A stretch of DNA of 64,000 nucleotides from Candidatus Bathyarchaeota archaeon (GTDB lineage: Archaea > Thermoproteota > Bathyarchaeia > Bathyarchaeales > Bathycorpusculaceae), in NCBI GenBank assembly GCA_963806535.1, contig CAWDYC010000005.1, positions 256,001 to 320,000 on the forward strand. Reading direction: 5' to 3'. The stretch's first letter is position 1; the number at the start of each line of letters is the position of its first letter. The notes under the pieces are model-generated. The model saw nothing but the letters and a program-made list of their open reading frames with translations. It did no database searches and was not told the origin of the DNA. Shown piece by piece: positions 41,976 to 52,392 of the stretch. A program made the position numbers and the translations under genes.

Positions 41976-43183
41976 TCAGCAAAAAGAGAAAAGAATTATT
42001 ATGTCTTCTTCTTGAGGTAATCCAATCTTGCGCAAGTAATCTTTTGCAAACTTTGGATTATATGATAGTAGCTCTTTGCTTCTTAGCAGTCTGCGCTCAA
42101 GTCTATCTAATGCAACTCTAAAAGTTGGTTCAACGCCCCAACCTTCACTCGCGCTAAAGAATGTTCCTCTTGCCGTTCGGAACTGCAAGCGACAATGAAC
42201 CAGCGGTGTACCTCTTAGGCTTGTGTTTCGGTGGCTTTTCATGTAAACAAAGAGCGTTCCCAACTGGAAAGCATCTTGGTATTTACGTGTGAAAGCGTCG
42301 AATTCTTCCATCATAAAGCCTTGCTGGTCAGGACTTATTTCTACGTCTTTAACACCGAACTGCACTGACAACTTCTTCTCAGCAACTTCTAATTGCGAAA
42401 TCAACTCAAGAAAGTCAAGCTTCGTTACAATGCCAACTAATCGTTCGTTTGAAACAATGGCTAAACAGGAAACATCACGATCATGCATTATCTTCTCTGC
42501 ATCTCGCAAACTCGTTTGAGATTCAACCGTAATAGCTGGCCTTGCCATTATGCCTTTAGCTGGGACACTTAAGGTTTCAATTTTTTCTCCAACAATATCG
42601 CCCCTTGTCTGGTGTCTTTGCGGCCAATAGATGTTCTTCAAAATATCTTCAATAGTAATCATTCCAACAAGTTTTCCGTTTTCCATAATTGGAACATGTG
42701 AGATACCATATTCTCTCATTAAACTTAGAACTGCTCCTACGGACCGGTTTGATTCAATGGTGTGTGGTGCTCTTGTCATTATTTTCTCAATAGCAGTTTT
42801 ACCCCACTCGTTAAGTACAGCTGCATGGATAATGTCTTCGTCAGTGACAAAACCAACTATCTTATTCTTTTCAAAAACGGGCAACTGCCTCATTTCACTT
42901 TCAATCATCAGCTTAGCCATTTTACTGACGGAAAAATCAAAAGCAACTGGAGGTGCAACCTTCATCAAAGTTCTGACTTTTGTCGTAGTGGGATCAAGTC
43001 TTGACCTTAAAATGGTGCGCCTTGATAATCATGCCTAGATATTTGCTTTTGTCATCTAAAACGGCTAAAACAGGAGGCTTACCTTTTTCGAACGCTTCTA
43101 AACATCGAGATAAGCGTATCGTTTTCTTGTACAGCGTTATAATCTTTTGAATAAACATCTTTTGCAAGAATTGCGGTTGACAT
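41976..43183 (-). CDS. Four-CBS-domain protein with C-terminal HPF/RaiA-like domain (frameshifts near 43030-43100)
   Basis: Starts MSTAILAKDV; CBS motifs LPVFE..GFVT, VPIME..GMIT, GIVT; C-terminus HCRLQFRT..FFSASEGW..ALDRLERRL. Confidence 0.78.
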
Positions 43184-43439
43184 AATAATCCTTCTTAATT
43201 TTAGGTTAAAGTAGAATTTAAACGTTGCAAAGCTTAGTTGAAAGTAATAGTAACTCTTATTAGAAAAATCCTTCGGGGATTGCATATTTTTTCTGTTGAA
43301 AAATGAGTGTTTCTTAATTGAATTCACCCGGGTGTATTACTTTTCTTCTGTGTTTGATTGCATTTGAGATTTAATGGCAATTTCCAAAGCCTATATGAAC
43401 CAGATAATTCTATATTGGAAAAAGAATTAGGTAGATTCA

Positions 43440-45125
43440 ATGGGTAAAGCGTTAGACATGGGCAAGACTTCCGCTACTGGAAGTTTCCACCTGCTAATCG
43501 GCGTAGCTGGGTCTACCATAATAATGTTCATTGGCACATTCATTCTGGCTACCCTATTACCTGTTGCTGACGTGGGCCTATATGGTATAGCCTTCATTCC
43601 ATCCTCCATCATAAGTTTCTTCAGAGATTGGGGCGTAAACTTCGCAATGACTCAGCAAATTGCCAATTTTAGGGCATGTGGAAAGGAATCAGAAATCCAC
43701 GATGTCATTGTTTCTGGAATAATTTTTGAAATTATCACTGGAGCCATATTATCCGTCATTTGTTTCTCGGCGGCTCAGCCTTTAGCCTTGATTCTTAGCT
43801 CAAAGAACTCAGCCAATCTTTCAGTCTATATTTCAATAATGTCGCTTTCGATTTTTGCAGGAGCCATTTTTTCTGCCGCCTCTGCCATCTTCACTGGGTT
43901 TGAAAGGATGAAGCTCAACAGTTTTACTCAAATTATGCAAGCAATTGTTAAGACAGCTCTTGGTCCATTACTAGTCATTGTTGGTTTTGGCGTTTTAGGA
44001 GCAGTTTATGCAAGTATTGCTTCTGTTGTAACAGGCGGTGTTATTGGAATTTTTATTGTTTATTTTGCTGTATTTAGACCCTTACACAAATCTATAATTG
44101 GCAAAATTAACATAAAGCAAACCTTGAAGCCGATGCTAATGTATGGCTTGCCTCTTACTGTTTCAAACATTGTAATTGGAGTGTTGCCACAGATTTTCGC
44201 TTTTGTAATGGCAGCCTCCGCTGGGGCTCCAATGATGGGTAACTATTATGCTGCATCTTACTTCGCTGTTCTTTTAACATTCATTTCTATTCCAGTTTCG
44301 ACAGCTTTGTTTCCAGCTTTCTCTAAACTCAATGTAAAGAAAGATCCTGAACTTGTGAGAACCGTTTTTGCTTCTTCAGTTAAGTACACATCGATAATTC
44401 TTGTTCCGGCAACAATGATTTTGATGACTCTTTCTGTGCCCCTTATTGGCTTTCTTTTTCCAAAGGATGGGATATTTCATTCTTTTTTTGTCGTAAATGC
44501 GGCACTAAAGTTTCCTGATGCACCGTTGTTTTTGACGGTAACATCTATGGCTAATTTGCTTGTTCTATTTGGAAACATCAGCGTTGGGACTTTCCAGACG
44601 GGAATTGGGAAAACAAACCAGATTATGAAACAAAGCATCGCATCTCTAATTGTTGGTTTGGCGCTTGCGACCTTGTTATTTTTTATCTTAAATCCAATCG
44701 TTGGACCCTTGTTAGCAGTAATTGGCGGTATTATTGGGATACTTATTGCAACTCTTCCTAATCTTGTGTGGGCACTTTATTGGAGTTGGAAAAATTATGG
44801 GGTTAAAACTGACTTTCGCAACTCAGTTAAGATTTTTGCTGCAGCAGTGCTTGCTTCAATTGTAACTTATTTGTTCATTAGCGTTTTGAGTTTACCCTAT
44901 TTTGTCATTCTGCTAAGTGGTTTTGTAGTTTTCACGGTCGTTTACTTGGCTGTTGCTCCGCTTATGGGTGCCGTTAACCAAACAGATATTGATAACTTCA
45001 AAAAAATGTTTTCAAGTATGGGTTTGCTAGCAAAGATTTTGAGTTTTCCTTTGTTTTTCATGCAAAGAATGATTGAAATCAAAAACTCTAAGAAACCTTC
45101 GCAAGAGCAATTGACATCATCATAG
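43440..45125 (+). CDS. Polysaccharide flippase (MOP/Wzx family)
   Basis: About 14 TMs; DWGVN, GFERMK, GNYYAA, LFPAFS. Confidence 0.85.
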   Translation: MGKALDMGKTSATGSFHLLIGVAGSTIIMFIGTFILATLLPVADVGLYGIAFIPSSIISFFRDWGVNFAMTQQIANFRACGKESEIHDVIVSGIIFEIITGAILSVICFSAAQPLALILSSKNSANLSVYISIMSLSIFAGAIFSAASAIFTGFERMKLNSFTQIMQAIVKTALGPLLVIVGFGVLGAVYASIASVVTGGVIGIFIVYFAVFRPLHKSIIGKINIKQTLKPMLMYGLPLTVSNIVIGVLPQIFAFVMAASAGAPMMGNYYAASYFAVLLTFISIPVSTALFPAFSKLNVKKDPELVRTVFASSVKYTSIILVPATMILMTLSVPLIGFLFPKDGIFHSFFVVNAALKFPDAPLFLTVTSMANLLVLFGNISVGTFQTGIGKTNQIMKQSIASLIVGLALATLLFFILNPIVGPLLAVIGGIIGILIATLPNLVWALYWSWKNYGVKTDFRNSVKIFAAAVLASIVTYLFISVLSLPYFVILLSGFVVFTVVYLAVAPLMGAVNQTDIDNFKKMFSSMGLLAKILSFPLFFMQRMIEIKNSKKPSQEQLTSS

Positions 45126-45240
45126 CCGTTCGGTCTCTGTCAAGCTGCACTTGAGTTCACCTAACTGTTGGTTGTGAACCTTGAACCCAATACACTTAAT
45201 AGCAAAATAAACTGAAATCTTCGGGTCTAAGGAGGAAACC

Positions 45241-46049
45241 GTTTCGTTCGCAGTCGGTCACATGTCAATCGCTTACCTTTTAGGTAAAGGTTCCTCAAAG
45301 CCGCTGCGTTACAAACCCAACATTCCATTGCTGTTGGTTCTTTCAATAATTCCTGACGTAGACATAATTTTTGATTTCTTAACAGGAAGCCAACTGCATA
45401 GAGGCCCAACACATTCAATCGTAGTGGCAATTATAGCTTTTATTCCATTCTTTATCATTTACCGCAAAAAAGCGATACCCTATTTTTTGGCGTTAATTTC
45501 TCACCCGCTTATAGGCGACTTCTTCATAGGAGGCAAACTTGAATTGTTGTGGCCTTTTTCAAACTCCCAGTTTGGTCTTCACGAGTTAGGCGGTCCATAC
45601 ATTAGCATTTACATGCCTATAGACGGGCTCATCGAAGTTGATCTTGTTTATTATTGCAATGGTTTTGTTAATTAAAAGTAACGACTGGAAAGTTTTCTTC
45701 ACAGCTCACAAATCAAACCTGCTTCTGATTATCCCATTGTTTACTGTTTTGTTGCCGACAACGATTGGCTTATCCTTTTACTGAATCATTATTTTTGTTT
45801 AGCCCCATTTTAGCGGTAGCACATGTGATTTTAGTAGTGCTTTTTAGCATAGCAGTTTTGAAAACTCTTCAATCAATGTACCAAAATAGAAAAGCTCGAA
45901 GAAAACCTGGCGAGCTTAGTTGTGAGTGGAAATCAGGAAGGTTTTGCCTCCAGAAGGATTGCTTTAGAGATAAGGCTATTCGTATGTTTTCTTTGATTTT
46001 ACTCATTTTTGCCGATTTTTCACGTTGGAACTACAGTTTTCTCAAGTAA
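45241..46049 (+). CDS. Membrane-bound metal-dependent hydrolase, YdjM-like (frameshifts)
   Basis: SFAVGH, IPDVD, HRGPTHS, SHPLIGD, LLWPF. Confidence 0.78.
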
Positions 46050-46147
46050 TATTTATATCAAAAGCACTGCATTCACCGTTTAACAACCTTCGGACTTTGA
46101 ACCATGATTTGTCTCGCCCAAGTAAAAACCTCTTGGTGAAAGAATAA

Positions 46148-47093
46148 ATGCCGTTAAAAACTATCAAAAAAGATACGGCAGACGCCCTAGACTTTAGAAT
46201 GGGTCTTGCAAGTTAAAAATTACAAGCTAACTATTGATAAAAAACGCTGTGTCGGGTGCCAAATATGCAGTTTAGCCTGCCCAAAAGAAGCCATAAAAAC
46301 ACAAAAGCAAGCTAAAATTCAAGGAGAAAAGGCTAAAAAAGCCAAAGTTGACGTTGACTTGGCAAAATGCAACTTCTGCGGAATATGCGACGTCACCTGC
46401 CCATATGGAGCAATAAAAGTAACCTTAAACGGTGCACACGACCTTTCTATCTTATCCAAAGAAAGTTATCCGCAACTGGTTCGCGACATAAAAGTCGATT
46501 CTCACCAATGCCCGAAAGAATGTGTAGAATGCGAAACGGCTTGCCCGCTAAACCTCATTAAAATTTCTAAAATCGGTTTTGACGGCAAACCAGTCGAAAA
46601 TGTAGAAGCCCTATCACCCACAGCTAAAAATCGTGTTCAAGTTAACCTTGACATCCAAAAAGATTATTGTCCAACTTGCAAAGTATGCGAGTTCAAATGT
46701 GGTCCGGGCGCAATAAAAGTCGCCAAGACATTTGAAGGAATAATCGGCATTAATCAAGAGAAATGTCCTGAAGGCTGCACGGACTGCCTTGATGTATGCC
46801 CTATCCCAGGCGCATTGGTGCTTGGTGAAGACAAAAAAGTTCATGTTAACGAGGTATTTTGCACTTATTGTGGCGCATGCAAAAACGTTTGCCCAGTAGA
46901 CGAAGCATTAGTTGTTAAACGTACAAAGATTCATCATACCCCTATTCATTCAGGAACGTGGAATAAAGCGTTAGAAAGATTAACTTCCCCAGTCGATGCA
47001 GTTAAAGAATTAAAAACTCAAGCTGACGAGAACAGACGCAAAGCAGTTAGTAAAAGATTTGTTGCATATGAAATTGGAAAGGAGGCAACTTAA
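46148..47093 (+). CDS. Polyferredoxin (FwdF/MvhB-like; frameshift near 46195)
   Basis: Six CxxCxxCxxxC-type motifs; ATG at 46148. Confidence 0.88.
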
Positions 47094-49547
47094 TGAGTTG
47101 TCCAACTTGTAACCAACCAGAAACTGCTAAACCTGAAGAATTACGCGTCGGCGTTTTCGTTTGTCACTGCGGATTAAACATCGCAGGTACTGTAGACGTA
47201 AAGGCAGTTGCTGAATACGCAAGAACAATTCCAGACGTAGTTTTCGTTAAAGAAAACCGTTACACCTGCGCTGACCCTGGACAAGAAGAAATACGAAAAG
47301 CCATCCGTGAACAAAAACTAAACCGTGTAGTCATCGCTGCTTGCTCACCAAGAATGCATGAACCCACTTTCAGACGCACCGTTTCAGAAGCTGGCTTAAA
47401 CCCGTTCCTTTTCGAAATGGCTAACATCCGTGAGTTCGCTTCATGGTGCCACCAAAACGATCCCGCAGCTGCAACGGAGCGAGCCAAAGATTCAGTTCGC
47501 ATGGCTGTAGCAAAAGTACGTTTAATGCAGCAACTTCAAACCATTGAAGTGCCAGTTACCAACAAAGCCCTAATCATCGGCGGCGGAATCGCAGGAATGA
47601 ACGCAGCCTTAGACCTGGCTGAAATGGGCTACAAAGTCTACATGCTTGAGAACTCACAGAGCATCGGCGGACACATGGCGGCGCTTGACAAAACCTTCCC
47701 TACGTTGGACTGCAGTATCTGCATTGAAGGACCAAAAATGGTCGATTGCGGACGCCACCCAAACATAACAATTTTCGCTAACTCAGAACTTGTTAAAGTG
47801 GACGGTTACATCGGCAACTTTAAAGTGAAAATTCGCAAAAACCCCCGCTATGTCATACCTGAGAAATGTACAGGATGCGGTGAATGCAAAGATGCTTGCC
47901 CAATCGAGTACCCCAATGAATGGGACATGAACTTGGGGACACGCAAAGCAATTTCAGTGCCCTTTGACCAGACTGTACCGCTGATTTACTCTATCAACAA
48001 AGATTATTGTATTGAATGTTTCAAATGCACTGATGTTTGCGGTGAACGGCAAGCCATAGATTTTAATCAGAAACCTGAAGAAGTCGAATTTGACGTTGGC
48101 GCAATCATTGTTTCAACAGGTTTCGACGTTTACTTACCATACGACATGCCATTGCTTGGCTACGGGAAATACCCCAACGTTATTACAAGCATGGAGTTTG
48201 AACGACTCATTTTGGCTGCTGGTCCAACAGGCGGCAAAGTGATTCGGCAATCAGACGGGCAAAAACCTCATAGAATCGCTTTCATCCAATGCGTCGGCAG
48301 CCGAGACAAAAACAAGTACCCATACTGCAGCAACTTCTGCTGCATGTACACGCTAAAACATGTGGTTCAACTCAAAGAGAAGTACAAGGAAGACATTGAA
48401 GTCTACGTTTTCTACATGGATATTCGCAGCCCAGGCAAAGGCTACGAAGAATTCTATGACCGCGCACGGGAACGAGGCGTAAACTTCATTCGTGGACGCG
48501 TAAGCCGCATCGACGAAGACCCTAAAACTCACAATTTAACCGTTCACTCCGAAGATTCACTTCTTGGAGTCCCAATCGAAGTTGAAGCAGACATGGTAGT
48601 GCTTGCAACCGCAGCCATACCCAAAAAAGGCTCAGAGGACATTGCACGAATACTTAACCTGTCACGCGGTGCAGACGGCTTCTTCATGGAGTCTCATCCC
48701 GAAACTTAAACCGATGGATGCTCCAACAGACGGTGTCTTCTATGCAGGCGCTTGCCAAGGCTTAAAAGACATTCCCTACAGCGTTTCGCAGGGAAGCGGT
48801 GCAGCGTCAAGGGCAGCCACAGTCATCAGCAAGCAAAAGTGGAAGATTGAACCAATCATCTCAATAGTTGACGAAACCAAATGCCGAAACAAAACTGCCA
48901 AATGCGGTGTCTGCGTTGACAAATGCCCATACGGCGCTATCAAAGCTGAACCAGGCAAAGCAGCACACATCACTACAGCCAACTGCCACGGATGCGGAAC
49001 ATGTGTTGCCGAATGCCCACAACACGCAATTACCCAGATGCACTTTACTGATGCCCAAATTATAGCTCAAATCCGAGCCGCACTTGAAGATAAACCTGAA
49101 GACAAAATCCTAGCCATCCTCTGCAACTGGTGCAGCTATGCAGGCGCAGACCTAGCAGGCATCAGCCGATTCGACTACCCCGCCAGCGTTAGAGCTATCC
49201 GTGTTATGTGCAGCGGCAGAGTAGCCAGAGAATTCGTTCTTGAGGCACTTCGGCTTGGCGCAGGAATGGTTTTGGTTGGCGCATGCCACTTACCCTACGA
49301 CTGCCACTACATCAACGGCAACTACAAAATGAAAGCACGAACCGACGCTCTCAAAGGAATGCTGACAAAACTGGGCATGAGTCCAGAACGGTTCCGAGTA
49401 GAATACGTTTCAGCGGCAGAAGGCATACACTACGCAGAAGTCATCAAAGAAATAGATGAACAAAGAAAAGCACTTGGCAAAGAAAAGATTCAAGCCGAAA
49501 ACGCAAAACTTAAACCTATTCTAGAAAACATGCTAAAACGAAAATAA
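47093..49547 (+). CDS. hdrA: HdrA-MvhD fusion flavoprotein (frameshift near 48700)
   Basis: VFVCHCG, ACSP, GGGIAG, KTFPTLDCSICI, QCVGSR, CSNFCC; then ferredoxin and MvhD CNWCSY, VMCSGR, GACH..DCHY. Confidence 0.93.
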
Positions 49548-49734
49548 TAGCTATTTTCAAGTTTTCTCCGTTTTTAGCTTATCTCCAAAACTTAACTGCT
49601 CAACTCCAATCTTTTGCCAGCAAGTTAGTTCAAGCATTTTGAATTGCAGCTGAGCGCGCTTACGCTTGGTTATGCTAAGAGAATTTACTATATGTGCCTA
49701 GAAAAAAACTAGCCAGCTAAAAGCATCACTAAAT

Positions 49735-49911
49735 CTATCTAGCAGTTGTTTTTTTGAACCAGGCAATTCCTATTACTGCTACGGTTATTGCTGCTATGAC
49801 GGCTATTGGGTTTATGGCTTGAAGTGTCATGTACGTTTCCCCGAGCAGGGTTATGAAAGTTATTATTGAAACTATGATAACTGCGCTGATGGCGATGTTT
49901 TTGCTGCTCAC
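49735..49911 (-). CDS. 58-aa two-TM membrane protein (not in ORF track)
   Basis: AGGAGGTGA RBS then GTG; MSSKNIAISAVIIVSIITFITLLGETYMTLQAINPIAVIAAITVAVIGIAWFKKTTAR. Confidence 0.72.
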   Translation of the reverse strand: MSSKNIAISAVIIVSIITFITLLGETYMTLQAINPIAVIAAITVAVIGIAWFKKTTAR

Positions 49912-50047
49912 CTGTCTTCACCTCCTGCTTAGGCTAGAGTTAGCGGTTTTTTGATTTAATGCTAAGCGTTGGAACAGGCTGTTCAGAGATTAGACAGCAA
50001 ATTAACATTGCAAAAAATAAAATTAACTAAAATTTAGGGAAAAAGAA

Positions 50048-50335
50048 TTAATCTTCTTCTTCGTCGAGTTTTCGCTCTTTAACTTTTAGAGCTTCTGCAT
50101 CACCGATAACTTTGAAGGTTTCTGTCAGCTCGTGCTTGTGCAAGAATTTTTTGATGATTATGCGCACGTATTTCTTTGAGAGTGCTTCGCCTTCACCCTT
50201 CACTGTTACGATTTTTCCGTCGTTGGTTACGTCTCCGCCTGTTTTCTCTTTTAGGAAATCTGCTAGTTTCTCGACTAGTTTGCTTTCGTCGCCTTTAAGT
50301 TCTGAAGCATCGACTTTCATTTCAACCATTTTCAT
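50048..50335 (-). CDS. rpl22e: Ribosomal protein eL22-like
   Basis: LADFLKEK, LSKKYVRIIIKKFLHKHEL..FKVI and acidic tail resemble eL22 FSKRYLKYLTKKYLKK..LRV and acidic C-terminus. Confidence 0.75.
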   Translation of the reverse strand: MKMVEMKVDASELKGDESKLVEKLADFLKEKTGGDVTNDGKIVTVKGEGEALSKKYVRIIIKKFLHKHELTETFKVIGDAEALKVKERKLDEEED

Positions 50336-50414
50336 ATTCACCTCGATTCACATTACGCCTATTTGTTTGCATTTAGCTTAGTTTTTCATGGCTACTATAC
50401 TGATAAGTTTTCCG

Positions 50415-50487
50415 ATTGGAAGTGTCAGTTCGCCCGTCGAGTCCTTCTCACTGCTTAAGCTCAGACTCTAGTGCTCATCATCCAAAA
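50415..50487 (-). ncRNA. Box C/D sRNA, predicted guide for 16S rRNA Cm1402
   Basis: C box ATGATGA 50481-75, D' CTGA 50464-61, C' GTGAGAA 50451-45, D CTGA 50428-25; D guide CGACGGGCG complementary to 16S CGCCCGUCG; terminal TTGGA/TCCAA stem. Confidence 0.85.
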
Positions 50488-50589
50488 CAGTATTCAGCAA
50501 CAAAACTTAAGACTCTTATGGAAAAAGATCACTTATGCCAAAGAAATTCTTTTAAACTATCAAGCGATTGTTTACTTGGAGAAATAACA

Positions 50590-51111
50590 ATGGAACTTTT
50601 CGATGTTATTACAAAGCGAAGAAGCATCAGAACCTTCAAAAAACAAGAGCTACCTCAAGCCACAATTGAAAAGCTGCTTGAAGCTGCAAGATGGGCGCCT
50701 TCAGCTGGAAACGTTCAACCATGGGCTTTTGTAGTTGCAAGTTCACAAAAAACTAAGCAGGACCTTTCTATGGCAGCTTACGGGCAAAAAGACCTTGAGG
50801 AAGCTTCTATTGTTATTGTGGTTTGCGCTGATGAGAAACGAGCGGCAGAAAGTTATGGTGTTCGTGGTAAAACGTTGTATTGCATTCAGGATACTGCCGC
50901 TGCAATTCAAAACATCCTGTTAACTGCTTATTCACTTGGGTTAGGTTCATGCTGGATTGGAGCATTCAAAGAAGATGAGATAAGACTAGTTATTGGGGCT
51001 CCTAAAGAAATGCGTCCAATAGCTTTGATTCCAATAGGCTATCCAAACGAGTCACCGTCAGCTAGAAACCGAAGACCAATAAGCGAAATAATGCATAAAG
51101 AAACTTTTTGA
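50590..51111 (+). CDS. Nitroreductase family protein
   Basis: RRSIR, APSAGNVQPW, LGLGSCWIG, IGYP. Confidence 0.93.
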   Translation: MELFDVITKRRSIRTFKKQELPQATIEKLLEAARWAPSAGNVQPWAFVVASSQKTKQDLSMAAYGQKDLEEASIVIVVCADEKRAAESYGVRGKTLYCIQDTAAAIQNILLTAYSLGLGSCWIGAFKEDEIRLVIGAPKEMRPIALIPIGYPNESPSARNRRPISEIMHKETF

Positions 51112-51315
51112 TTTCGCAAAACTGTCTCGTTTTGGAATTTTTGAGCGTAATGATGGGTATCTTGATAAATACGATACGTTTAAAAGCAACCGATTCATTT
51201 CTATTCAGCTTTATCTGATGCATAAAGCACATGTGCGAATCGGTAGTATGCCAGTTCAGCAAACATGCGCTGTTGCCAGATTAAAAAATCATAATAATAA
51301 ACAGGAGGAAAAGAA

Positions 51316-51441
51316 ATGTTATCAAGAGATTGTGACGGATGCTCCCAAATGAAGCCGTGCAATAGACGTTACCTTGTCGTTGGAAAAGGTAATTGTGTCT
51401 ACTGCCCAGACGGAACAGCCCATCTAGTAGATGGACTATAA
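51316..51441 (+). CDS. 41-aa Cys-rich small protein (not in ORF track)
   Basis: AGGAGG RBS; MLSRDCDGCSQMKPCNRRYLVVGKGNCVYCPDGTAHLVDGL; T-rich terminator follows. Confidence 0.72.
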   Translation: MLSRDCDGCSQMKPCNRRYLVVGKGNCVYCPDGTAHLVDGL

Positions 51442-51569
51442 AAAATAGAAATCTAAAAAATTAAGAAATTTTTAGACAGATTTTGTTTTTAACCCTTTTT
51501 TATTTTTGTTTTATTTTTTGAGCGGAAGCTATATTGGCAATGTACTTGCGGGTGCTTTTCGTGGTACAT

Positions 51570-52392
51570 CTATTTTTTGAAGAACTCCAAAAGGTCAGCG
51601 TTGACTTGATCCTTAAGTGTCGTGCACATGCCATGGGGTGCTCCTTTGTAGACTTTAAACGTCGCGCCCTTAACAATCTTGGATGAAAGCAGAGCCGAAG
51701 CGGCGATTGGCACGATCTGATCGTCGTCGCCGTGCAGAATTAATGTTGGCACATCGATTTTTTTGAGATCCTCCGTAAAGTCAGTTTCAGAAAATGCTTT
51801 AATGCAAAAGTATGCACCTGGAAATCCACACATCATTCCCTGATGCCAGAACGATTCGCGAACGCCGTTCGAAATCTTTGCGTCTGGACGATTGTAACCG
51901 TAGAATGGCAGGCTTAGGTCTTTGAAAAACTGCGAGCGGTCAGCAACAACGTTGGCGCGAAGCTGGTCAAATACCTCGATTGGTAAGCCGGCTGGATTTG
52001 AAGGGGTTTTAACCATCAATGGTGGAACAGCGCTGATTAGCACGGCTTTAGCTACGCGTTTTGTTCCGTGACGACCAATATAGCGTGCAACTTCTCCGCC
52101 ACCCGTGGAGTGACCTACAAGAAATGCGTTTTTGAGGTCAAGTTTTTCGATTAGTTCTGCAAGGTCGTCGGCGTAGGTGTCCATTTCGTTTCCATTCCAG
52201 GGTTGGCTTGAACGCCCATGTCCACGTCGGTCAGGCCCTATGCAGCGGTAGCCGCGAGACACCAAATAAAACATTTGATCTTCAAAAGCATCCGAGCTAA
52301 GCGGCCAGTCCGTGGCTGAAAACCACCGGTTTTCCACTTCCCCAATCCTTATAGTAAATTTGTGTACCATCTTTGGTTGTAATCATATTCAT
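51570..52392 (-). CDS. Non-heme chloroperoxidase-type alpha/beta hydrolase (frameshift near 52310)
   Basis: [44 protein letters not shown]. Confidence 0.9.

Noticed and set aside
47093-49547. Selenocysteine or pyrrolysine recoding in HdrA/MvhD
   Set aside because: All relevant positions are Cys codons; the break is a frameshift, not an in-frame stop
50416-50589. N-terminal extension of the nitroreductase
   Set aside because: Overlaps the antisense C/D sRNA; the family start MELFDVI at 50590 has its own RBS
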